Shown: positions 19,919-28,677 of the stretch, piece by piece
Layout of the letters: each line of letters starts with the position of its first letter
How positions within the stretch are numbered: position 1 is the stretch's first letter
DNA from: an uncultured Gemmatimonadales bacterium
GTDB taxonomy: Bacteria; Gemmatimonadota; Gemmatimonadetes; Gemmatimonadales; Gemmatimonadaceae
Length of the DNA stretch: 64,000 nt
Reading direction: 5' to 3'
Assembly (NCBI GenBank): GCA_963701965.1
Contig: OY969695.1
Span: 224,001 to 288,000 of the forward strand
Made by a program: the position numbers and the translations under genes
The notes under the pieces: model-generated
What the model was told of the DNA's origin: nothing
Database searches by the model: none
The model's input: the letters and a program-made list of their open reading frames with translations, nothing else

Positions 19919-20413
19919 TTAGGCCACATGTTGCGCTTGCTCGAGGACACTACCTGGTAACCAGCAAGCCATCCGAGTGGCGATCGCGCCTTTGCGCCGA
20001 AATGGCTTCGAGATGGGAAAGAAACCCAACGCTTGGTATGCGGCAATAGCGTACGGCGACGAGTTGAGTTCGACGGTTTTGACTTCCGGATAACTCTCTT
20101 CAAGGTGGGCGCGTGCGGCATTCCACAACGCCCGCCCGATGCCCTTGCGCAACTGACTGGGAGCGACAAAGAACAGTTGCACAAGCGTCAAGCGAGGCAA
20201 GAGGATGACTCCGACTACCTGAGCGTCGTGCTCGCACACCAAGCAAAGGGCTGCCTCGGAAAGCTTTAATGCGAGCTTGTCGGCCTGGGTTTCGGCGATG
20301 AACTCGTGCTGAGCCGACAACTCCCAATCTGGGGCAATGTGCGCGGCGAAGCCGGCTTGAACCAGCTGCGAAATGGCCACCGCATCATCAGCGTTCGGTT
20401 GGCGCAGATGCAT
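19919..20413 (-). CDS. GNAT acetyltransferase
   Basis: FVAPSQLRKGIGRAL, NSSPYAIAAYQALGF. Confidence 0.9.
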   Translation of the reverse strand: MHLRQPNADDAVAISQLVQAGFAAHIAPDWELSAQHEFIAETQADKLALKLSEAALCLVCEHDAQVVGVILLPRLTLVQLFFVAPSQLRKGIGRALWNAARAHLEESYPEVKTVELNSSPYAIAAYQALGFFPISKPFRRKGAIATRMACWLPGSVLEQAQHVA

Positions 20414-20421
20414 GCTCGTGG

Positions 20422-20499
20422 GTCTAACGTTTGAGATGAGCGGCGGCCGCAGGCAAGCGCAGCTTGCCGGAGGACGTCCACTCGATGGAAGGGCTAGGC
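20422..20499 (-). other. attC site (first cassette)
   Basis: GTCTAACGTTTGAGATGAGCGG...CCACTCGATGGAAGGGCTAGGC. Confidence 0.88.
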
Positions 20500-20525
20500 C
20501 TCAGTGGACAACACATGGCATTCGT

Positions 20526-21068
20526 CTACGCACTCGCCTTGGGCCACCCGACGTTTGCAGCACGACGAAGACTGGCTTTCACAACCTGGCGATGAAAGGG
20601 AGCAATGACCGATAGGTAGGCTCGGCCCAAGCGGTTGTGGCAGTAAACGACGGTTGATAGGGTCAGTTGGCTACCGGTAGTTGGCGGCGAGCCTGGCGTA
20701 CAAAGAATTGACACTCTGAAGTCAAGATGCTTGTCGTTCTCGCCTAAGACGACCTCAGTTTCGCTGGTGCTGAAGACCCTGAAGATGCTGATGCGGGGGG
20801 CTGTGGCATCACTAGAGAGCGTTGCAAGGTGCTTGGCGGTCTTCAGACCAAATCCCGCAACGATTGCATCTCGGACTTGGATGAGCGCTCCGATCCAAGA
20901 TGGCTGCTCCGCGAAGATGAATCGGGCCAAGACATCTGGATTTATAGAGGCGTCAGAAGGAAGTCGAATCGAAAACGCGTCTGCGAGGTTCACCGACTTG
21001 AATGCAGTAGCGACGGCAGACTGCGAGGGCAGGGCAACCTGCTCTACTAGCGTGAGTTTGCCTGGCAT
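20526..21068 (-). CDS. DUF2867 family protein
   Basis: EVVLGENDKHLDFRVS, HNRLGRAYLSVIAPFHR. Confidence 0.9.
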   Translation of the reverse strand: MPGKLTLVEQVALPSQSAVATAFKSVNLADAFSIRLPSDASINPDVLARFIFAEQPSWIGALIQVRDAIVAGFGLKTAKHLATLSSDATAPRISIFRVFSTSETEVVLGENDKHLDFRVSILCTPGSPPTTGSQLTLSTVVYCHNRLGRAYLSVIAPFHRQVVKASLRRAANVGWPKASA

Positions 21069-21084
21069 GGATGGACCTTCTGAG

Positions 21085-21170
21085 GCCTAACGAACAGCGT
21101 TTGTCTGACGCCGAGCCGATGTCTGTCGAAGGGCGTGACGGGACATGGCGTCAGATAAACCCCGTTGGAC
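21085..21170 (-). other. Putative attI region
   Basis: GTTAGGC core before the first cassette with a non-consensus flank and a 14-bp inverted repeat. Confidence 0.6.
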
Positions 21171-21529
21171 TGAACCGCCGATATGGCGGTGCGCTATGGG
21201 CAGTGTAAGTTTCGGCGCTGAGCTAAGGCAACGCCGTCGTGCTGCGGACGAACCCGATAGCGGTGATGGTTGCTCGAAGTTGTCTTCGAATGGCGCTCGG
21301 AGTCGAGTTTGCCGCCACGGCCCGTGGCTCGATGCCTGGTAGTAGCGAAGCAGACGCGATACGTTCCCGGCCTGCGTCGACGAGGCCTTGCAGGAGACAG
21401 CCGCGCGCCCGAGCCCATCAGGGCGGCCTCCGACATGCGGTCGACGCGGCGATCGAGGTCAGCGCCGGCCGATCAGCCGCCACGTGCTGCAGCACTCGCC
21501 AGCGTCCGATACTGCAATCAGGGGCCATC

Positions 21530-21972
21530 CCGGTCGGTGATGGCGAGGTAGGTCTCGTCGAGCTCGACCATCCCCCAGACGATCGCGATCGGGCCGCACC
21601 ATCGCCCGGCGAAACCGGTACAGCATCGCCCAGGCGGTCTGGTAACTGCCCAGCCCGAGCACCCGCTGCAGCCCCAAGGCGCTCAGGCCCTGCTTCTGGT
21701 TGGTCAGGTACAAGGCCGCAGCCGGCCAGACCCGCGGCGGGGTGCGGGTCTTGTCGAAGATCGTTCCCGCCGTCACGGTGCTCTGGTGGCGCGCAGTCCT
21801 TGCACATCATGCGGATGCGGCTGGCACGGTAGGACACGCTCGCCACGCCGCAGCTCGGGCAGATGAAGCCGTTCGGCCAGCGCAATCCCTCCAGGTAGGC
21901 AAGGCACGCGTCCTCGGTCGAGAACTGATCGAGGAACTCGGTCCAGGTGCGTGGATAAGGTTGACTGGACAT
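21530..21972 (-). pseudogene. Truncated IS1595-family transposase
   Basis: YPRT..EF...LRWPNGFICPSC zinc ribbon, TAGTIFDKTRTP, SALGLQRVLGLGSYQTAW; stops after LDETY. Confidence 0.85.
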
Positions 21973-21982
21973 GAGCGATAAG

Positions 21983-21998
21983 CTGTATATTTATCCAG
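21983..21998. promoter_or_regulatory. LexA (SOS) box
   Basis: CTGTATATTTATCCAG fits CTG-N10-CAG; 19 nt from the intI start once the intron is removed. Confidence 0.85.
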
Positions 21999-22000
21999 TA

Positions 22001-23930
22001 GTGCGCCGGGAGGCCGGCAAGGAGTAGAGGGGTGAGAGTCCCCGACGACCAAGACGTAGCGAGTCATGTTGTCCCCGAGTCATGCGCAGCGCATCGCGAG
22101 GTGTGCGGCGAAGCGTTGACAGGGGTGCGTGTAGGCCAGCCATTGAGCCACGAAATGTTTATTCAGACCCGGGTGCCGACGCCGTTACTGTGGCGGAAGG
22201 CAACACGCGCGGGCGCGCCATCGCAAGTGCCCGTGCGACCCGGCGGGGTCAGAGACCCTGGCATGCACGTACGCTCCTTGCACGGGAACCGGGAGATCTG
22301 CGAACCGACCAAGCGCTGGAGCGATCCGGTGGAGGTCCGCGTCGGGAAGGCGAGGAGCCGAAGCCGATGATGAACGGGACGCAGAAGTCAGACTCGCCCA
22401 TAGTAGCGATGAAGCCGGCGAACAAACCCGAACGCCTGATGGCAGGGGCGGGTGCGGAGTCGGTGGAGCCAAGGGGCGGGGCCAAGGGGAACGCGGACCA
22501 GTCACGCACGTGCCGGACGCAGGGCCGGGAAAGCGTGTTCCAGAGGCTGGATCGCGTGCGCCAAGCCGCAAGGCAGAGGAAGAAGGAGAAGTTCACCGCG
22601 CTGATGCACCTTGTCGATGTCGAACTGCTCAGAGAGTCGTACTTCTGGCTACAGCGGAAGGCGGCCGCCGGGGTGGATGGCGTCACATGGCAACAGTACG
22701 GCGAAGGCCTCGAAGAACGGCTCGAGCAACTGCACGGGCGCATCCACCGCAACGCCTACCTGGCGACGCCGTCCCGGCGCCAGTACATCCCCAAAGCAGA
22801 CGGTCGCATGCGGCCGCTGGGGATCGCGGCGCTCGAAGACAAGATCGTCCAGCGGGCGCTGGTGGAAGTGCTCAACGCGGTCTATGAGCAAGACTTCTTG
22901 GGCTTCTCGTACGGGTTCAGGCCGCAACGCAGCCAGCATCAAGCGCTGGACGCGTTGGCGGTTGGCATCACGCGTACCAATGTGAGCTGGATCGTGGACG
23001 CCGACATCAAGAGCTTCTTCGACGCGGTCAGCCACGCGTGGTTGATCAAGTTCCTGGAGCACCGAATCGGCGACCCACGCATCATTCGCCTCATAGGCAA
23101 ATGGCTGAAGGCCGGCACGCTGGAAGAAGGCAAGCTGGTGGCAAGCGAGGAGGGCACGCCGCAAGGCGCGGTCATCTCGCCGCTGCTGGCCAACATCTAC
23201 CTGCACTACGTCTTCGATCTCTGGGCACATCAATGGCGCCAGCGCCATGCTCGGGGCAACGTGGTGATCGTGCGCTACGCCGACGATATCGTGGTCGGCG
23301 TGGACAAGGAGTCGGATGCCACGCGCTTCGTGCAGGCGATGCGATCGAGACTGGAGCAGTTCAAGCTAACGCTGCATCCCGAAAAGACCCAGGTGATCCG
23401 GTTCGGCCGCTTCGCGGCGGCCAACCGGGCCAAGCGAGGTCTGGGCAAACCGCAGACGTTCGACTTCCTCGGGTTCACGCACATCAGCGGGCACGACCGA
23501 CGCGGCAAGTTCTTGCTGCAGCGGATCACCCGGCGCGACCGGATGGTTGCTACGCTGAAGCGGATCAAGGAAGAGTTGCGGCGGCGTTGGCACATCTCGG
23601 TCCACGAGCAAGGGAAGTGGCTGCGCAAGGTGGTGCAGGGTTACTTCGGCTACCACGCCGTGCCCGGCAACTACCCGCGCATGAAGGCGTTCCGAAACCA
23701 CGTCACCGACCTCTGGCGAAAGGCGCTGCGGCGCCGGGGCCAGCGGGATCGGACGACGTGGAAGAAGGCGTTCCGGTTGGCCGCGGAGTGGTTGCCCCGA
23801 GCTCGTGTCCTTCACCCCTGGCCGAACCAGCGCTTCGACGCCACCCACCCAAGGCAGGAGCCCGGTGCGCGAATCGTGCACGCCGGGATCTGTGCGGGGG
23901 GCGCCCGGTAACGGGTGGCCCTATCGCGAT
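22001..23930 (+). mobile_element. Group II intron (probably bacterial class E-like)
   Basis: 5' GTGCG; domain V GAGCCCGGTGCGCGAATCGTGCACGCCGGGATCTG; 3' CCCTATCGCGAT. Confidence 0.92.
22367..23911 (+). CDS. ltrA: Group II intron reverse transcriptase/maturase
   Basis: IPKADG..RPLGI, SYGFRP, GTPQGAVISPLLANIYL, RYADD, FDFLGF; open frame, no HNH domain seen. Confidence 0.95.
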   Translation: MMNGTQKSDSPIVAMKPANKPERLMAGAGAESVEPRGGAKGNADQSRTCRTQGRESVFQRLDRVRQAARQRKKEKFTALMHLVDVELLRESYFWLQRKAAAGVDGVTWQQYGEGLEERLEQLHGRIHRNAYLATPSRRQYIPKADGRMRPLGIAALEDKIVQRALVEVLNAVYEQDFLGFSYGFRPQRSQHQALDALAVGITRTNVSWIVDADIKSFFDAVSHAWLIKFLEHRIGDPRIIRLIGKWLKAGTLEEGKLVASEEGTPQGAVISPLLANIYLHYVFDLWAHQWRQRHARGNVVIVRYADDIVVGVDKESDATRFVQAMRSRLEQFKLTLHPEKTQVIRFGRFAAANRAKRGLGKPQTFDFLGFTHISGHDRRGKFLLQRITRRDRMVATLKRIKEELRRRWHISVHEQGKWLRKVVQGYFGYHAVPGNYPRMKAFRNHVTDLWRKALRRRGQRDRTTWKKAFRLAAEWLPRARVLHPWPNQRFDATHPRQEPGARIVHAGICAGGAR

Positions 23931-23947
23931 TCAATTCGGGAGTGCAA

Positions 23948-24229
23948 GTGGACAACGCCAGCGGCCGCGTCGAGGCTGAATGTGGACGATCGGCGCCGTT
24001 TCGGTTGCTCGATGCCTTGCGCGAGCGCCTGCGGTACATGCACTACAGCTTACGGACCGAGGAAGCCTATGTCCATTGGGTGCGCGGCTTCGTACGGTGG
24101 TCGGGTCGACGCCATCCGCGCGACATGGGTGCGGCGGAGGTGCGCGATTTCCTGACCATGCTGGCGAGCGAGCGGCGCGTCGCCGCGGCCGCGCACCGGC
24201 AAGCCCTCAGCGCGCTGCTGTTCCTCTAG
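23948..24229 (+). pseudogene. intI: Integron integrase, N-terminal domain only
   Basis: [27 protein letters not shown]...HPRDMG..EV..FL..LA.ER.V....[11 protein letters not shown] then TAG. Confidence 0.9.
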
Positions 24230-27200
24230 TGCTACCGCGCTACGCCGAGCTTCACTGTCGCAGCAACTTCAGCTTCCTGACGGGCGCGTCGCATCCCGAG
24301 GAGCTGGTCGAGCGCGCCGCCGCGCTCGGCTACGGCGCGATCGCGATCACCGACGAGTGCTCGCTCGCCGGCGTCGTGCGCGCGCACGTCGAGGCGCAGG
24401 CGCAAAAGCTGCCGCTCGTCATCGGCAGCGAGATCCGCCTCACCGATGCCGAGACCGGCGCGCCGCATGCGCGTCTGGTGCTGCTGGCGCAGTCGCGGCG
24501 CGGCTATGGCAACCTCGCCCACTGGATCACAGTCGCGCGTCGTCGAGTCGAGAAGGGCCACTACCGCGCCCATCCGGGCGACGTCGAAGGCAAGGTGCCC
24601 AATGCGCCGATGCTCGCCGGCCTCGGCGGCTGCTTCGCCTTGCTCGTGCCCGCGGCTTCGCAGGATCCTGCCGAGATCCTGGCCCACGCGACTTGGCTCA
24701 AGAGCTGGTTCCAGGAGCGTGCGGCGATCGCCATCGAGCTGCTCCATCGCGCCGCCGACGACGATCTCGTCGACCACGTCACCGAGGTCGCGGCGCGCAC
24801 CGGCCTGCCGATCGTCGCCGCCGGCGACGTGCTGATGCACGTGCGCTCGCGAAAGCCCCTGCAGGACACGCTGACGGCGACGCGCCTCGCCAAGTCGGTG
24901 GCCGAGTGCGGCCTCGCGCTCGAGCCCAACGCCGAGCAGCACCTGCGCTCGAAGAGCCGCCTGGCCGCGCTCTACGAGCCGGCGTGGCTCGAGCAGACGA
25001 TGGCGATCGTCGCGGACTGCAAGTTCTCGCTCAGCGAGCTGAAGTACGAGTACCCGCAGGAGATCGTGCCGCCGGGCGAGACGCCGGCGTCGCAGCTGCG
25101 AAAGCTCACCTACGCGGGCGCGCTGAAGCGCTTCCCGCAGGGCCTGCCCGACGAGCACCGCGCGACGATCGAGCACGAACTCGGAGTCATCGCCGAGCTG
25201 CAGTACGAGTCGTACTTCCTCACCGTCGCCGACATCGTCGACTGGGCGCGCGAGAAGAATATCCTGTGCCAGGGCCGCGGCAGCGCCGCCAACTCGCTGG
25301 TTTGCTACTGCCTGCACGTCACCGAGGTCGACCCGCGCCGCGCCAGCCTGCTGTTCGGCCGCTTCATCAGCGTCGAGCGCAAGGAGCCGCCCGACATCGA
25401 CATCGACTTCGAGCACCAGCGGCGCGAGGAGGTGATCCAGTACATCTACGGCAAGTACGGCCGGCACCGCGCCGCGCTCGCCGCGGTGGTAATCAGCTAC
25501 CGGCCGCGCTCGGCGCTGCGCGACGTCGGCCGCGCCCTCGGCATCGACCTGCAGCGGATCGAGGCGGTGTCGAAGAGCCAGCACTGGTTCGACGGCCGCG
25601 GCATCGCGCCCGAGCGGCTGCGCGAGAACGGCTTCGATCCGGAATCTCCGGTGGTCCAGCTCTGGATGGAGCTCACCGGCCAGCTGATCGGCTTCCCGCG
25701 CCACCTCTCGCAGCATCCGGGCGGCTTCGTCATCGGCAAGAACCAGATCGAGGAGCTGGTGCCGATCGAGAACGCGGCGATGGAAGACCGGAGCGTCATC
25801 CAGTGGGACAAGGACGACCTCGAATCGCTTGGGTTGCTGAAGGTCGACATCCTCGCCATCGGCATGCTGAGCGCGATCCGCCGCTCGCTCGAGTACATCG
25901 GCACCAAGCTCGGCCGCACGCCGCTCATGATGCAGGAGATCGGCGAGGGCGACGTGCCGACCTACGACATGATCTGCAAGGCCGACACCGTCGGCGTGTT
26001 CCAGATCGAGAGCCGGGCGCAGATGAGCATGCTGCCGCGCCTGAAGCCGCGCTGCTACTACGACCTAGTGGTCGAGGTGGCGATCGTCCGGCCGGGGCCG
26101 ATCCAGGGCGGCATGGTTCATCCGTACCTGAAGAACCGCACGCTCGCCGACCGCGAGATCGACTGTCCCGAGGAGCTCAAGCCGGCGCTGCTGCGAACCA
26201 AGGGCGTGCCGATCTTCCAGGAGCAGGTGATGCAGATCGCCATGCTCGCCGCCGACTTCACCGCCGGCGAGGCCGATGCGCTGCGCCGCGCGATGGCGGC
26301 GTGGAAGCGGCGCGGCGGCCTGTCGCCGTTCCACAAGCGGCTGGTGGGCCGGATGGTCGAGAAGGGCTACACGCGCGAATACGCCGAGCGCATCTTCAAG
26401 CAGATCCAGGGCTTCGGCGAATACGGCTTTCCGGAAAGCCACGCCGCCGGCTTCGCGCTGCTCGCCTACGTCAGCAGCTGGATCAAGTGCCACCATCCCG
26501 ACGCCTTCCTCTGCGGCCTGCTCAACGCCCAGCCGATGGGCTTCTACGCGCCGGCGCAGCTGGTGCGCGATGCGCGCGAGCACGGCGTCGAGGTGCTGCC
26601 GGTCGACGTCGCGGTGAGCGACTGGGAAAGCACGATGGCGGGCGAGGGCAGCGCGAGCGCCGGGGCCGGCCCGCTCGGCCAGGGTGGCGCCGCAGCAGCC
26701 GGTCCGGCTCGGCCTCAACCGCGTCAAGGGGCTCGCCGAAGAGGCCGGCCGGCGCGTCGTCGCTGCGCGCGCCGAGGCGGCCTTCGTCAGCGTCGAAGAC
26801 CTGGCGCGGCGCGCCCTCCTCGACGCCCATGCCCTGGCGGTGCTCGCCGAATCGGGGGCACTGCAGGCGCTCACCGGCCATCGCTACCAGGCGGCGTGGG
26901 CGGTGGCGGGAATCGACACCCGGCCGACCGAGATGCTGCGCGCGACGCGTAGCCACGAAACCGGCGTGGCGCTGGCCGCGCCGAGCGAGGGCGAGGAAAC
27001 GCTCGCCGACTACCGCGCCCTCGGACTGACGCTGCAACGCCATCCGCTCGCCCTGCTGCGGCCGCAGCTCGCCGCCTTCCGCATCGAGCCGGCGGCGCGC
27101 TTGCGCACTTTTCCGAACGGCCGGCTGGCGCGTGCGAGCGGCCTGGTGACGCACCGGCAGCGGCCCGAGACGGCCAAGGGAACGGTCTTCGTCACGCTCG

Positions 27201-27415
27201 AGGACGAGACCGGCGCGGTCAACGTCATCGTCTGGCCGCGCGTCGCCGAGGCGCAGAGGAAGCCGCTGCTCGGCGCGACCCTTCTTACCGTCTACGGCCA
27301 ATGGCAGCGCCAGGGCGAGGGCGACGAGGCGGTGATGCACCTCGTCGCCGCGAAGATGATCGACCACACGTCGCTGCTCAAGGGCCTGGTCACGCGCAGC
27401 CGCGACTTCCGCTAG
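24229..27415 (+). CDS. dnaE2: Error-prone DNA polymerase DnaE2/ImuC (frameshift near 26680)
   Basis: YAELHCRSNFSFL, GRGSAANS, EPPDIDIDFE, C-terminal SRDFR. Confidence 0.95.
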
Positions 27416-27468
27416 CGCCGTGCCGCAGCCGTGCCGACCGGCGTCGCGCCTCCGGCAAAATCGTCGCC

Positions 27469-28326
27469 ATGACTGCGCAGCTGATCACTCCGGAGCTGAA
27501 GAGCTGGATCGTCGCCCAGGCGACGGCCGGCCATCCGCCTGACATCGTTCTCGACGCGATGAAGGCGAGCGGCTGGAACGAAGACATCGCCATCGACGCG
27601 CTCGAGACGACGATGCGCGAGCACCTCGCCGGCGTGGCCGTCGCGAACGTCGCCGCGATCGAGCCGGCGCGGCCCGTTCCGGGGCGTCAGATCGTCGCCG
27701 GCACGCCCTTCGTTCACGCCGCCGACCGCGAGGTCAAGGTCGTGATGGCGCTGACGCTGCCGCGGGTCGTCGTCTTCGCCGACCTGATCAGCGACGAAGA
27801 GTGTGCCGAGCTGATCGCGCTCGCGCGCACGCGCCTGGCGCGCTCCGAGACGGTCGAGACCGCGACCGGAAGCAACGCCGTCAACCCGGCGCGCACCAGC
27901 GACGGCATGTTCTTCCAGCCGGCCGAGTTCCCGGTCTGCGGACGGATCGAGCAGCGCATCGCGGCGCTCCTCGATTGGCCGCTCGAGAATGGCGAGGGCC
28001 TGCAGATCCTGCGCTATGGCCCGGGAACGCAGTATCAGCCGCACTACGACTACTTCGACCCCGCGGAGGCGGGAACGCCGACCATCCTCAAGCGCGGCGG
28101 CCAGCGCGTCGCCTCGATCGTCTGCTACCTGAACACGCCCGAGGCCGGCGGCGCGACCGTCTTTCCCGACGCCGGTCTCGAGGTCGCGCCGGTGCGCGGC
28201 AACGCCGTCTTCTTCAGCTACGACCGGCCGCATCCGGCGACGCGCACCCTGCACGGCGGCGCCGAGGTCAGCGCCGGCGAGAAGTGGGTGGCGACGAAAT
28301 GGATGCGCGAGGGCCGATTCGAGTGA
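27469..28326 (+). CDS. 2OG-Fe(II) oxygenase (prolyl 4-hydroxylase-like)
   Basis: PHYDYF, GGATVFP, TLHGG..V..GEKWVATKW. Confidence 0.92.
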   Translation: MTAQLITPELKSWIVAQATAGHPPDIVLDAMKASGWNEDIAIDALETTMREHLAGVAVANVAAIEPARPVPGRQIVAGTPFVHAADREVKVVMALTLPRVVVFADLISDEECAELIALARTRLARSETVETATGSNAVNPARTSDGMFFQPAEFPVCGRIEQRIAALLDWPLENGEGLQILRYGPGTQYQPHYDYFDPAEAGTPTILKRGGQRVASIVCYLNTPEAGGATVFPDAGLEVAPVRGNAVFFSYDRPHPATRTLHGGAEVSAGEKWVATKWMREGRFE

Positions 28327-28414
28327 TCTTGTGCGAGGAGCTGTCAACCGCGCGCTGCGGGGCGGCGTTGTCAGCGCGAGCAATCGGCTCTCATCCCACC
28401 CAAGGAAAATTCCA

Positions 28415-28628
28415 ATGAAGACCCTCATCGCCGCCGTCATCGCCTCGGCAGTCAGCTTCGGCGCCTTTGCCCAGACCACCCCGGCCGCCTCGGCGCCGAT
28501 GGCCAAGCCGACGGCGTCGGACAGCGGCCGCCAAGAAGAGCAGCACGAGCACCCACAAGTCGAGCTCGACGTCGAGCAAGAAGCACCACAGCAGCAGCAG
28601 CAAGAAGGCGTCGGCGCCAGCCGCCTGA
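28415..28628 (+). CDS. Small secreted Ser/Lys/Ala-rich protein (frameshifted)
   Basis: MKTLIAAVIASAVSFGAFAQ signal peptide, AAGGA RBS, terminator follows. Confidence 0.65.
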
Positions 28629-28645
28629 GCGCTCCCGCGCGAACG

Positions 28646-28673
28646 AAAGCCCGGTCTCGACCGGGCTTTTTTT
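28646..28673 (+). terminator. Rho-independent terminator
   Basis: AAAGCCCGG-TCTCGA-CCGGGCTTT-TTTT. Confidence 0.92.
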
Positions 28674-28677
28674 CGTG

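Noticed and set aside
23915..23947. intI start at 23915
   Set aside because: Lies inside intron domain VI; the GTG at 23948 has the RBS
23980..26952. 990-aa ORF as an N-terminally extended DnaE2 or IntI-DnaE2 fusion
   Set aside because: The upstream part is an alternate frame of the intI stub; IntI and DnaE2 are in different frames and DnaE2 homology starts at 24229
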